From assembly GCF_001677475.2 (NCBI RefSeq), contig NZ_CP015229.1: a stretch of DNA of 64,000 bases, one strand, 5' to 3'. The notes beneath the pieces were generated by a model, which worked only from the letters and a program-made list of their open reading frames with translations, was not told where the DNA came from and ran no database searches. This stretch comes from Escherichia coli. Lineage in GTDB: Bacteria > Pseudomonadota > Gammaproteobacteria > Enterobacterales > Enterobacteriaceae. Positions within the stretch are counted from its first letter, which is position 1; each line of letters starts with the position of its first letter. This document shows positions 41,963-55,290 of the stretch, one piece after another. The position numbers were made by a program, and so were the translations under genes.

Positions 41963-42446
41963 GGAGATACTCCGCAGTTATGGCTGATACCGGACAACTG
42001 GCTGCACATGCTCCACATCCGTTGCAAAGTTGGCTATTAAGTTGCGGCTGGTAGATCCCGGAGAGCGTCGGGCGAAAGATAATTGCCATTGGCTCACAGC
42101 TATCCTGACAGCGGCGGCATTCAACTGACTGATACGCCAGGCACGCGTCCCCAATGGTGAACTGCAAATCCCAGGCCCTGGTGTGGCGCGGAGAAAATAG
42201 CGATTCGGGGCAAGCCTGCGCGCAGGCGTAACAGAAGCTGCACTCGTTATTTTTGAAATTAACGCTCGGATAGCCACCCGCGCCGCGTTGCAGAATGTTG
42301 TTTTCACAAGCATTAATACAGACATCGCAGCGGGTGCAATGGGTCAGAAAATGAGATTCATCACCGGACCAGGGCGGACGGATACCGTTACTGGCTTTGC
42401 GCCAGCGACCAGTGAGTATGCCCCGACGGGATGCATCAATCTTCAC
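41952..42446 (-). CDS. napF: ferredoxin-type protein NapF
   Basis: 164 aa; multiple 4Fe-4S Cys motifs; first gene of nap operon. Confidence 0.92.
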   Translation of the reverse strand: MKIDASRRGILTGRWRKASNGIRPPWSGDESHFLTHCTRCDVCINACENNILQRGAGGYPSVNFKNNECSFCYACAQACPESLFSPRHTRAWDLQFTIGDACLAYQSVECRRCQDSCEPMAIIFRPTLSGIYQPQLNSQLCNGCGACAASCPVSAITAEYLHAH

Positions 42447-42853
42447 ATTGACCTTCCATCATTAACGCGCTCTGAAAATTGAGAGCGACCAAATAAACCG
42501 CATAATTAATAAGCCATTTTTATAGCCGCTAAGATATTAAAGGATGTGTCAAAGATGCATACCCCGATCGGGGTAAAACCTGTAGCAGGATCAAAAGAGT
42601 GGCGGGAAGCGTGGCAAAAACGGGCTTTTGCTCACATTTCAAATGGTTATAAACATATTTATATAGCGATTAATTCACCAGAGATATTTCTGCTGGCTTG
42701 TCTTCTTAACAGAATTTAACACTAAAAGAGCAGGTAAAATTATCTGAATATTCTTTAAGTTATTCATAAAGCAAATTAATAAATCTGATGAATATGTTAA
42801 CCTTCAGCGACATCATCGGTGAAAACCTATAAATGAAGAAGGAAAGCAAAAAA

Positions 42854-43342
42854 ATGAAGACCATTCTACCTGCAGTATTGTTTGCCGCTTTCGCCACCAC
42901 TTCCGCCTGGGCGGCAGAGAGCGTCCAGCCACTGGAAAAAATCGCGCCTTATCCACAAGCTGAAAAAGGCATGAAGCGTCAGGTGATTCAGTTAACTCCG
43001 CAAGAAGATGAATCTACCCTGAAAGTAGAACTGTTAATTGGTCAGACGCTGGAAGTCGACTGCAATTTGCATCGTCTCGGCGGGAAGCTGGAAAGCAAAA
43101 CGCTGGAAGGCTGGGGCTATGATTATTATGTCTTTGATAAAGTTAGCTCGCCGGTTTCGACGATGATGGCCTGCCCGGATGGCAAGAAAGAGAAGAAATT
43201 TGTCACCGCGTATTTGGGTGATGCCGGAATGCTGCGTTACAACAGCAAGCTGCCGATCGTGGTGTATACGCCAGACAATGTGGATGTGAAATACCGCATC
43301 TGGAAGGCGGAAGAGAAAATTGACAACGCGGTAGTTCGCTAA
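42854..43342 (+). CDS. eco: ecotin (periplasmic serine protease inhibitor)
   Basis: 162 aa from [31 protein letters not shown]. Confidence 0.95.
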   Translation: MKTILPAVLFAAFATTSAWAAESVQPLEKIAPYPQAEKGMKRQVIQLTPQEDESTLKVELLIGQTLEVDCNLHRLGGKLESKTLEGWGYDYYVFDKVSSPVSTMMACPDGKKEKKFVTAYLGDAGMLRYNSKLPIVVYTPDNVDVKYRIWKAEEKIDNAVVR

Positions 43343-43348
43343 ACTGCC

Positions 43349-43484
43349 GTGAAGTGCGGCACCCCGTAGGTCAGATAAGGCGGTTACGCCGCATCCGATC
43401 TAACGCCCAAGCCGGTTGCCTGATAAGACGCTGGCGCGTCTTATCAGCATAAGCCACATCCGGCATACCATGCCGGATGTGGCA
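43349..43484. repeat. REP/BIME elements
   Basis: GCCGGATG.GGC-type palindromic units between eco and mqo. Confidence 0.7.
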
Positions 43485-43489
43485 CATCA

Positions 43490-45148
<1,659 letters not shown>

Positions 45149-45353
45149 TTACTTTTAGTCGCTTTATTGCAGGTGAGATTTGCGCGGCATCAACGGTAAC
45201 ACTTAAGTAACAACATTTAAATAATGTTTATAAATTATATTCTAATTTTAGAAACATTATAATTTCGTTGATTAATTATACGGTTATTAGAAACGAAGGG
45301 ATTTTTAGAATATTGACCTGGCGGCAGCAGTCCGCCAGGTCAGCGTCGAAATA

Positions 45354-46997
45354 TTATGCCGTCCGGGCAACGGCATCACGCGAAGCAGCATCGCGCTCTT
45401 CGCCTGTCAGCTCGCTAAGTTGCCCGTTGCGCATTTCCAGCAGGCGGTCAGCGTGGATAAAGTAATGATCATCATGACTGATGGCGAAAATCGTTTTACC
45501 CATCTCCTGCATTAGCGGCAGCAGCACCTGATAAAACTCACGACGGAAGTGTGGGTCCTGATCCGCCGCCCATTCATCCAGCAGGATAATATCGCGTTCT
45601 TCTGCCAGCGCCAGCAACAGCGCCACGCGTTTTTTCTGCCCTTTTGATAACTTCAGGTTAACAATACGCCCGTTGCTTAACTCAAGCTTATGAGCCATTT
45701 TCAGCTGCGCCAGCCACTTCTCAACCAGTTGCGGGTTAGCGGGTTTACCCTCCGGCCCCAGCAGTTGATCAAACAGCCAGACATCGGTAAACACTGCCGA
45801 AAACAGTTTGCGATAATCTTCCGGTTGTTCGCCGCTGACAGGTTTGCCATCCAGCAAGATTTCGCCGCTTTGTGGCTGATACAAGCCCGTCAGCAACATC
45901 GCCAGCGTCGATTTTCCGCTACCGTTGCCACCAATCAGAAACAGCAGTTCACCACGTTTGATGGTGAGGTTAATCGGCCCAACGGAAAACGCGTTATCCT
46001 GATAAGCAAACGTCACGTTACGCAGCTCCAGCGTTTGCCAGTTGGGAAACGCCTGCGGGCGCGGAAACTCTGCTTTGAAAGGCGCGAGCGCGAATTTGTT
46101 CAGCTTGTTAAACGCCACCTGCGCCGTCAGCAGCGTCGGCAATGCGCCAACCGCCGAAAGCAGCGGCGTACGCAGGAATAACAGCGTCAACGAATAGGTC
46201 GCGGCAACGTTGGTATCAGCCCAACCGAGACTGTTCGCCATCCAGAACACCAGGCCGATTGCGCCCAGCATCATGATGTTTGACCAGTTCACGGCACTAA
46301 GATGGAAGGTGTCTGCGCGAATAATATGATGGCGATACTCTTGCGCATCAGGAATGTAGAGGTTGTTAAACACATACTCGGCGCGTTCCCGGTTCAGAGT
46401 CAGCTCTTTGCGCCCTTCGAGTACGGTTTGAAAATCCGTGTACAGCTTGTCTTCGGTTTCACGCAGGGTCGCCATATGTTTGTACACCCGCGCCACCAGC
46501 ACAAAACCGCCCCAGATGGTGACTGCCATCCAGATAGCCGTTACCAGCAACATTTTGCCCGACAGCATCCACAAGTACGCCGCGGAACCGATAGTGAGGA
46601 TGATCCCCTGCACCAGTTCCGGCAGACGCACAAAAGCAATGGTGATATTGCGCACATCGCTGGTTAACCCCGCCAACAACGAGGCGCTACCGAGTTGTTC
46701 AATGCGCTCGACGTGAGTATCGAGAATCCGCTTGATAAATTCACTACGCAGTCGGTAAACGAAGTGATGCCCCAAAGTGGTGAGCGCCAGTTGCGATCCG
46801 AGAGTGACGGCCATCAACAGCAGCAATAATCCCAGAAACTCCGGCAACACCAGCAGACTGGTATCCGCCGTTTCGATAAGGCGCTGATTGATAAAAGCAA
46901 TTAAGCCAATGCCTAATGCCGCACTGGCGAGGCTTAGCGCCATCACACTGATAAATGGCCAGCGATACTGCCGCCAGACAAGTACAAGAAGTTCCAT
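45354..46997 (-). CDS. yojI: ABC exporter YojI (fused permease-ATPase)
   Basis: 547 aa; TM domain then Walker [10 protein letters not shown]. Confidence 0.94.
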   Translation of the reverse strand: MELLVLVWRQYRWPFISVMALSLASAALGIGLIAFINQRLIETADTSLLVLPEFLGLLLLLMAVTLGSQLALTTLGHHFVYRLRSEFIKRILDTHVERIEQLGSASLLAGLTSDVRNITIAFVRLPELVQGIILTIGSAAYLWMLSGKMLLVTAIWMAVTIWGGFVLVARVYKHMATLRETEDKLYTDFQTVLEGRKELTLNRERAEYVFNNLYIPDAQEYRHHIIRADTFHLSAVNWSNIMMLGAIGLVFWMANSLGWADTNVAATYSLTLLFLRTPLLSAVGALPTLLTAQVAFNKLNKFALAPFKAEFPRPQAFPNWQTLELRNVTFAYQDNAFSVGPINLTIKRGELLFLIGGNGSGKSTLAMLLTGLYQPQSGEILLDGKPVSGEQPEDYRKLFSAVFTDVWLFDQLLGPEGKPANPQLVEKWLAQLKMAHKLELSNGRIVNLKLSKGQKKRVALLLALAEERDIILLDEWAADQDPHFRREFYQVLLPLMQEMGKTIFAISHDDHYFIHADRLLEMRNGQLSELTGEERDAASRDAVARTA

Positions 46998-47072
46998 GCA
47001 GAAAACCCGGACAATGAATTACAGCCCGCAGTTTAAACATCTTCGCGCGCACAGCAATAATAATTCTTATTT

Positions 47073-47723
47073 TTATTCTTTTTTACCTGCCTGCCGGAAT
47101 GTCAGGTTGTAGCGGCAGTCGCCGGTGAGTGGATGAAACCCCGCTTTCAACGGTTGAATCCCATGATAAAACAGCCGCGACTCACCGCCCCATACCACCA
47201 CATCGCCATGTTCCAACAACAATCTTTTTAGCGGATCATTTCGTTTCAGGCCGCCAAATTGAAAAATCGCGGGTAAGCCCAGAGAAACAGAAACAATTGG
47301 CGCGCGCAGATCCGGTTCGTCTTTATCCTGATGCAGCGACAGTTTCGCGCCAGGAGCGTAGCGGTTGATAAGACAAGCATCTGGCTGGAAATCTGGATAG
47401 CCCGCCGCCGTAGCCGCACGTTGACATAAATTATGAAAACTCTGCGGCATGGCGGGCCACGGTTTATTTGTTTGCGGATCAATGGGCGAATAGAGATAAC
47501 CTTGCCGATGGCTCGTCCAGCCCAGATGCCCACAGTTGGTCATCGCCACCGACATGGTATATCCGCCTGGAGTGACCATCTGGCAAAACGGCGACTGGCT
47601 GGCAACGTCATTAATATCGCGGATTAGTTGCTCCGCAGCGTTAAAAGCAAAACGCCGTAAAATTACCGCACCAGCCGCCAGTGGCTCTTGCCACGGTTCA
47701 GCATCGGCAAACAGATCCAACAT
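47073..47723 (-). CDS. alkB: alpha-ketoglutarate-dependent dioxygenase AlkB
   Basis: 216 aa; start overlaps ada stop. Confidence 0.95.
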   Translation of the reverse strand: MLDLFADAEPWQEPLAAGAVILRRFAFNAAEQLIRDINDVASQSPFCQMVTPGGYTMSVAMTNCGHLGWTSHRQGYLYSPIDPQTNKPWPAMPQSFHNLCQRAATAAGYPDFQPDACLINRYAPGAKLSLHQDKDEPDLRAPIVSVSLGLPAIFQFGGLKRNDPLKRLLLEHGDVVVWGGESRLFYHGIQPLKAGFHPLTGDCRYNLTFRQAGKKE

Positions 47724-48790
47724 TACCTCTCCTCATTCTCAGCTTCGCGGCGCAGCAGTTGCGCTTTGCGCGACGCGCCCCAGCGGTAACCTGAAAGCGA
47801 TCCATCACCGCGTACTACCCGATGACAGGGTATAACGATAGCCAGCTTGTTGGCGGCACAGGCACTGGCAACGGCCCGTACCGCTTTCGGTTTGCCGATG
47901 GCGTTCGCCAGTTGCTGATAACTGACGGTTTCACCACAAGGTATCGTGCGCAGTGCCTGCCAGACTTGTTGCTGAAAAGCAGTGCCGCGAATGTCCAGCG
48001 GTAACGTCAGCGGCGTATCGCGTTGATTGAGGCTGGCGATCACTTCACGCACATGTTGTTGAAACGTCAAATCGGCAGGCGCGTTGTCGGCAGCGGGAAA
48101 CATCTGCTGCAACTCGCTGATTAATGTCGCGTCATCATCGCCCAGCAATATCGCGCAAATCCCCCGCTCGCTTTCTGCCACCAGGCAACGGCCCAGCTCA
48201 CAATCAGCCAGCGCGTAACGCACCGCCATATTTTCGCCACCGTGACGGAATTGTTTAGCCGTCATGCCCAGCGTTTCGTCGGCTTTGCGGTAGTAACTGC
48301 TGCTGTCGGGGAATCCGGCGTTAAGAATAGATGTAGTCACGCTCTCCCCTTTCGCCAGCAATTCGCGCAAACGGCGAGCGCGCCAGGCCTGTTGCCAGGC
48401 TTTAGGCGTCATTCCGGTAGTCGCTTTAAACAACCGATGCAAATGAAATGGACTCATCGCCACCTGGTCGGCTAAGGCTTCCAGCGTTACAGGCGTTTCC
48501 TGTTCCAGAAGTCGGCAGGCGTGGGTAATTTTATCAAGGCGATGTTGCAGGGGATTGGCTTTGTCTGGCTGACAACGTTTGCAGGGACGAAAGCCAGCGG
48601 CAAGCGCCTCGCTGGCATTTGCGTAGAAGGAGACATTTTCCCGCAAGGCATGTCTGGCTCGGCAAGACGGACGGCAAAAGATACCCGTGGTGCGCACGGC
48701 GAAAACGAATTCGCCGTCGGCATTCGAGTCGCGGGCTAAGACAGATTGCCAGCGTTGATCGTCAGTTAAGCATGTGGCGTTTTTCATCAT
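47723..48790 (-). CDS. ada: bifunctional regulator / O6-methylguanine-DNA methyltransferase Ada
   Basis: 355 aa; N-terminal Cys cluster, AraC-type HTH, C-terminal PCHRV active site. Confidence 0.95.
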   Translation of the reverse strand: MMKNATCLTDDQRWQSVLARDSNADGEFVFAVRTTGIFCRPSCRARHALRENVSFYANASEALAAGFRPCKRCQPDKANPLQHRLDKITHACRLLEQETPVTLEALADQVAMSPFHLHRLFKATTGMTPKAWQQAWRARRLRELLAKGESVTTSILNAGFPDSSSYYRKADETLGMTAKQFRHGGENMAVRYALADCELGRCLVAESERGICAILLGDDDATLISELQQMFPAADNAPADLTFQQHVREVIASLNQRDTPLTLPLDIRGTAFQQQVWQALRTIPCGETVSYQQLANAIGKPKAVRAVASACAANKLAIVIPCHRVVRGDGSLSGYRWGASRKAQLLRREAENEER

Positions 48791-48860
48791 CAGCTCCCTG
48801 GTTAAGGATAGCCTTTAGTCTGCCCGGTCACCATCACGCAAAAACCAACAATCTTGCGCT

Positions 48861-49916
48861 TTAATTTTTTTCGCTCACCAGGAAACTTTTAAACTGCGGC
48901 GACATCCAGGTTTTAAAACTATCGCCCTCTTTGGTGATCATATAAACCGCCAGCCCTTCCCGGCGAACGACTTCTTTGGCTTTCTCTGGCCCGAGCACCA
49001 TTAAGCCAGTATCCCAGGCGTCGGCTTCCAGCGCCGTCGGGGCAATCACCGTCACGGAGACCAGATTGTGTTCAATGGGACGCCCGGTTTGCGGATCGAT
49101 AACATGGGAAAGGCGTTTGCCGTCCAGTTCGTAATAGTTGCGATAGCTGCCGGAGGTGCTAATCCCGTGACCGTTGATATCCACCACGGCCTGAACCGCG
49201 TTTTCTTTATCGGTCGGTTTTTGGATCGCTACCCGCCACGGCTGGCCTTCACCGTTCATACCACGGCTATCCAGAGCACCACCAACTGACACCAGATAAC
49301 GTGAAATACCTTCCTGCTCCATCAAGCGTGCCAGGTGATCCGCCGCATAACCTTCACCGACGGTGGAGAGATCGACATATAAATCCGGCAGGTCTTTTTG
49401 CAGATATTGCTGATGCGACTGATTAATGACCGTCAGGTGCTGTAAGCCGGTTTTGGCTTTCATCGCGTCGATCTGTTCCTGGTTCGGGATTTGTACTGGC
49501 TGTTGTTCCGGGCCAAAGCCCCACAGATTCACCAGCGGCCCGACAGTAATATCCATCGCGCCATCGGTTTTGGCGCCAATGCGCAGCGAGGTGGTGATGA
49601 TATCGGCCATCGCTTCACTTACCGGCCACGGTGACAAACTTTTCGAATCGTTAAAGCGCATCAGCGCGGAGTCTTTTTTATAGGTCGAAAGCAGCTGATC
49701 GTCGGCGTCCAGCTGGGTCTGAATCTTTTCTTTAAGTTCGGCACTGCGTTTGGCGTCAATGCCCGGAATGCTGGCACGCCAGAAGGTACCCATGGTTTTG
49801 CCTTCGAGAACGGTAACTTCAATAGCGTGGGTTTTGGCGGGTTGTGGTTTTTGATCGCAACCAACAAAGAAGAGCGCGGCAGCCAGCAATGCCACGCGGG
49901 TAAAGCTTATTTCCAT
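48861..49916 (-). CDS. apbE: FAD:protein FMN transferase ApbE (lipoprotein)
   Basis: 351 aa; lipobox ...FFVGC. Confidence 0.93.
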   Translation of the reverse strand: MEISFTRVALLAAALFFVGCDQKPQPAKTHAIEVTVLEGKTMGTFWRASIPGIDAKRSAELKEKIQTQLDADDQLLSTYKKDSALMRFNDSKSLSPWPVSEAMADIITTSLRIGAKTDGAMDITVGPLVNLWGFGPEQQPVQIPNQEQIDAMKAKTGLQHLTVINQSHQQYLQKDLPDLYVDLSTVGEGYAADHLARLMEQEGISRYLVSVGGALDSRGMNGEGQPWRVAIQKPTDKENAVQAVVDINGHGISTSGSYRNYYELDGKRLSHVIDPQTGRPIEHNLVSVTVIAPTALEADAWDTGLMVLGPEKAKEVVRREGLAVYMITKEGDSFKTWMSPQFKSFLVSEKN

Positions 49917-50027
49917 ACGTGATTATCCTCATGCGAACGGTCGCAAGAGTACACCAAAAAACTGCGTTTGTACGCTGAAAACAATGAAAAAAGGGCCCGC
50001 AGGCCCTTTGTTCGATAAAAATCGAGA

Positions 50028-51134
<1,107 letters not shown>

Positions 51135-51453
51135 TTATATGCCTTTATTTGCTTTTTTATGCCACTGCATACTGATTAACCCTCATTAATCAGTCGGCAA
51201 GTCCATTCTCCCCAAAAATGCAGAATAATCCAACACGAATATGATACTAAAACTTTTAAGATGTTTCATTTATCGCTATAGATGTTTCAAAATGTAAATA
51301 CAAGGGAACTTTTTAAGATTATTGCGGAATGTCGAAATAAGCACCTAACATCAAGCAATAATAATTCAAGGTTAAAATCAATAACTTATTCTTAAGTATT
51401 TGACAGCACTGAATGTCAAAACAAAACCTTCACTCGCAACTAGAATATCTCCC

Positions 51454-51546
51454 GCTATCATCATTAACTTTATTTATTACCGTCATTCATTTCTGAATGT
51501 CTGTTTACCCCTATTTCAACCGGATGCCTCGCATCCGGTTTTTTTA
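51454..51546 (+). ncRNA. micF: MicF antisense sRNA
   Basis: GCTATCATCATTAACTTTATTTATTACCGTCATTCATTTCTGAATGTCTG...CCGGATGCCTCGCATCCGGTTTTTTT, divergent from ompC. Confidence 0.92.
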
Positions 51547-51856
51547 CCCTTCTTTACACACTTTTCATTATTCTGTGCTACCACAGAAAAACTATAACGC
51601 TTGTTAATTATTTCACAAATAATTAACATCAGCATAATTTCCAGCAATCTTCGTTTATTTGCAATTAATTTCGTTAGGCTTTTTGTAGGTTATTTGTACA
51701 GCAAAATGGCGCTTGTACATCTATTTCCCCCAATGCAGGATGATAAATATCACGGGAGAATAGAGAATCATCAATCAGGTAAGAGTCTGGAATTTCACAC
51801 TGTACCCTTTATACTGCCCTATCACTTCGCGAAGTTTTAACAGGTCATAAACACGA

Positions 51857-54529
51857 ATGCGTCAGAAAGAGACAACGGCCACGACCCGCTTTTCACTCCT
51901 ACCGGGGAGCATTACCCGCTTCTTTTTACTGTTGATCATTGTGTTACTGGTGACGATGGGTGTAATGGTACAAAGCGCCGTTAACGCCTGGCTGAAAGAT
52001 AAAAGTTACCAGATTGTCGACATTACCCACGCTATCCAAAAGCGCGTCGATACCTGGCGTTACGTGACCTGGCAGATCTACGACAACATTGCCGCGACGA
52101 CCTCCCCCTCCTCCGGCGAAGGTTTACAAGAGACGCGCCTGAAACAGGATGTCTACTATCTGGAAAAACCGCGCCGCAAAACGGAAGCGTTAATCTTTGG
52201 CTCTCACGACAACTCAACGCTTGAGATGACTCAACGGATGTCCACCTATCTGGACACATTGTGGGGCGCAGAAAATGTACCGTGGTCGATGTATTACCTG
52301 AATGGTCAGGATAACAGTCTGGTGCTGATCTCAACCCTGCCCCTCAAAGATCTCACCTCCGGATTTAAAGAATCGACCGTCAGTGACATTGTTGATTCAC
52401 GTCGTGCAGAGATGTTGCAACAGGCCAACGCCCTCGATGAACGCGAAAGTTTTTCTAACATGCGCCGCCTGGCCTGGCAGAACGGTCATTACTTTACCTT
52501 GCGTACCACGTTCAACCAGCCGGGACATCTGGCAACGGTCGTGGCTTTTGATCTGCCGATTAATGATTTGATCCCACCGGGTATGCCGCTGGACAGTTTC
52601 CGCCTTGAGCCAGACGCGACGGCAACGGGAGACAATAATAATGAGAAAGAAGGAACGGATAGCGTCAGTATCCACTTTAACAGTACGAAGATTGAAATCT
52701 CCTCGGCACTCAACTCTACCGATATGCGCCTGGTCTGGCAGGTTCCTTATGGCACCTTACTGCTGGATACGTTGCAAAACATTCTGCTGCCACTGCTGCT
52801 GAACATCGGTTTGCTGGCGCTGGCGTTATTTGGCTATACCACATTCCGCCATTTCTCCAGCCGCAGTACAGAAAGCGTCCCCAGCACGGCGGTCAATAAC
52901 GAATTGCGCATTTTACGGGCAATTAATGAAGAGATAGTCTCACTGCTGCCGCTCGGCCTGCTGGTTCACGATCAGGAATCGAACCGCACTGTCATAAGTA
53001 ACAAAATTGCCGATCATTTGCTGCCGCATTTGAATCTGCAAAACATCACCACCATGGCGGAACAGCATCAGGGGATTATTCAGGCGACGATCAATAACGA
53101 GCTGTATGAGATCCGCATGTTCCGCAGCCAGGTTGCGCCGCGCACACAAATTTTCATTATTCGCGATCAGGATCGCGAAGTGCTGGTAAACAAGAAACTC
53201 AAGCAGGCGCAGCGTCTGTATGAGAAAAACCAGCAGGGGCGGATGACCTTTATGAAAAACATTGGCGATGCGCTGAAAGAACCCGCACAGTCCCTGGCGG
53301 AGAGCGCGGCTAAACTCAACGCCCCGGAAAGCAAACAACTGGCGAATCAGGCAGATGTGCTGGTGCGATTGGTCGATGAAATACAGTTAGCGAACATGCT
53401 TGCGGACGATAGCTGGAAAAGTGAGACGGTGCTGTTCTCCGTGCAGGATTTAATTGATGAAGTTGTGCCTTCAGTGTTGCCTGCCATCAAGCGTAAAGGT
53501 CTGCAACTGCTGATTAACAATCATCTGAAAGCACACGATATGCGCCGCGGCGATCGCGATGCCTTACGACGTATTTTGCTGCTACTGATGCAATATGCCG
53601 TGACCTCAACGCAATTGGGAAAAATCACCCTTGAGGTTGATCAGGATGAGTCCTCCGAAGACCGCCTGACGTTCCGCATTCTGGACACCGGAGAAGGCGT
53701 AAGCATTCATGAAATGGATAATTTGCACTTCCCGTTTATCAACCAGACCCAAAACGATCGCTATGGCAAGGCGGACCCGCTGGCATTCTGGCTGAGCGAT
53801 CAACTGGCGCGTAAACTGGGCGGTCATTTAAACATCAAAACGCGGGATGGGCTTGGTACACGCTACTCTGTGCATATCAAAATGCTCGCAGCTGACCCGG
53901 AAGTTGAAGAGGAAGAAGAGCGTTTACTGGATGATGTCTGCGTAATGGTGGATGTTACTTCGGCAGAAATTCGGAATATTGTCACTCGCCAGTTAGAAAA
54001 TTGGGGTGCAACCTGTATCACACCCGATGAAAGATTAATTAGTCAAGATTATGATATCTTTTTAACGGATAATCCGTCTAATCTTACTGCCTCTGGCTTG
54101 CTTTTAAGCGATGATGAGTCTGGCGTACGGGAAATTGGGCCTGGTCAATTGTGCGTCAACTTCAATATGAGCAACGCTATGCAGGAAGCGGTCTTACAAT
54201 TAATTGAAGTGCAACTGGCGCAGGAAGAGGTGACAGAATCGCCTCTGGGCGGAGATGAAAATGCGCAACTCCATGCCAGCGGCTATTATGCGCTCTTTGT
54301 AGACACAGTACCGGATGATGTTAAGAGGCTGTATACTGAAGCAGCAACCAGTGACTTTGCTGCGTTAGCCCAAACGGCTCATCGTCTTAAAGGCGTATTT
54401 GCCATGCTAAATCTGGTACCCGGCAAGCAGTTATGTGAAACGCTGGAACATCTGATTCGTGAGAAGGATGTTCCAGGAATAGAAAAATACATCAGCGACA
54501 TTGACAGTTATGTCAAGAGCTTGCTGTAG
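51857..54529 (+). CDS. rcsD: phosphotransfer intermediate protein RcsD
   Basis: 890 aa; TM N-terminus, HPt-like C-terminus; upstream of rcsB. Confidence 0.94.
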   Translation: MRQKETTATTRFSLLPGSITRFFLLLIIVLLVTMGVMVQSAVNAWLKDKSYQIVDITHAIQKRVDTWRYVTWQIYDNIAATTSPSSGEGLQETRLKQDVYYLEKPRRKTEALIFGSHDNSTLEMTQRMSTYLDTLWGAENVPWSMYYLNGQDNSLVLISTLPLKDLTSGFKESTVSDIVDSRRAEMLQQANALDERESFSNMRRLAWQNGHYFTLRTTFNQPGHLATVVAFDLPINDLIPPGMPLDSFRLEPDATATGDNNNEKEGTDSVSIHFNSTKIEISSALNSTDMRLVWQVPYGTLLLDTLQNILLPLLLNIGLLALALFGYTTFRHFSSRSTESVPSTAVNNELRILRAINEEIVSLLPLGLLVHDQESNRTVISNKIADHLLPHLNLQNITTMAEQHQGIIQATINNELYEIRMFRSQVAPRTQIFIIRDQDREVLVNKKLKQAQRLYEKNQQGRMTFMKNIGDALKEPAQSLAESAAKLNAPESKQLANQADVLVRLVDEIQLANMLADDSWKSETVLFSVQDLIDEVVPSVLPAIKRKGLQLLINNHLKAHDMRRGDRDALRRILLLLMQYAVTSTQLGKITLEVDQDESSEDRLTFRILDTGEGVSIHEMDNLHFPFINQTQNDRYGKADPLAFWLSDQLARKLGGHLNIKTRDGLGTRYSVHIKMLAADPEVEEEEERLLDDVCVMVDVTSAEIRNIVTRQLENWGATCITPDERLISQDYDIFLTDNPSNLTASGLLLSDDESGVREIGPGQLCVNFNMSNAMQEAVLQLIEVQLAQEEVTESPLGGDENAQLHASGYYALFVDTVPDDVKRLYTEAATSDFAALAQTAHRLKGVFAMLNLVPGKQLCETLEHLIREKDVPGIEKYISDIDSYVKSLL

Positions 54530-54545
54530 CAAGGTAGCCTATTAC

Positions 54546-55196
54546 ATGAACAATATGAACGTAATTATTGCCGATGACCATCCGATAGTCTTGTTCGGTA
54601 TTCGCAAATCACTTGAGCAAATTGAGTGGGTGAATGTTGTCGGCGAATTTGAAGACTCTACAGCACTGATCAACAACCTGCCGAAACTGGATGCGCATGT
54701 GTTGATTACCGATCTCTCCATGCCTGGCGATAAGTACGGCGATGGCATTACCTTAATCAAGTACATCAAGCGCCATTTCCCAAGCCTGTCGATCATCGTT
54801 CTGACCATGAACAACAACCCGGCGATTCTTAGTGCGGTATTGGATCTGGATATCGAAGGGATCGTGCTGAAACAAGGTGCTCCGACCGATCTGCCGAAAG
54901 CTCTCGCCGCGCTGCAAAAAGGGAAGAAATTTACCCCGGAAAGCGTTTCTCGCCTGTTGGAAAAAATCAGTGCTGGTGGTTACGGTGACAAGCGTCTCTC
55001 GCCAAAAGAGAGTGAAGTTCTGCGCCTGTTTGCGGAAGGCTTCCTGGTGACCGAGATCGCTAAAAAGCTGAACCGCAGTATTAAAACCATCAGTAGCCAG
55101 AAGAAATCTGCGATGATGAAGCTGGGTGTCGAGAACGATATCGCCCTGCTGAATTATCTCTCTTCAGTGACGTTAAGTCCGGCAGATAAAGACTAA
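54546..55196 (+). CDS. rcsB: response regulator RcsB
   Basis: 216 aa from MNNMNVIIADDHPIVLFGIRK; LuxR-type HTH. Confidence 0.96.
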   Translation: MNNMNVIIADDHPIVLFGIRKSLEQIEWVNVVGEFEDSTALINNLPKLDAHVLITDLSMPGDKYGDGITLIKYIKRHFPSLSIIVLTMNNNPAILSAVLDLDIEGIVLKQGAPTDLPKALAALQKGKKFTPESVSRLLEKISAGGYGDKRLSPKESEVLRLFAEGFLVTEIAKKLNRSIKTISSQKKSAMMKLGVENDIALLNYLSSVTLSPADKD

Positions 55197-55202
55197 TCAC
55201 CT

Positions 55203-55290
55203 GTAGGCCAGATAAGACGCGTTAGTGTCTTATCTGGCATTTGCACCGATTGGCGGATGCGGCGTAAACGCCTTATCCGGCCTACGATTC
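55203..55290. repeat. REP elements between rcsB and rcsC
   Basis: AGGCCAGATAAGACGC...GCGTCTTATCTGGC and GGCGGATGCGGCG palindromic units. Confidence 0.65.

Noticed and set aside
43349-43484. Novel repeat cluster downstream of eco
   Set aside because: Sequence matches ordinary enterobacterial REP/BIME palindromic units (GCCGGATG.GGC), common in intergenic regions.
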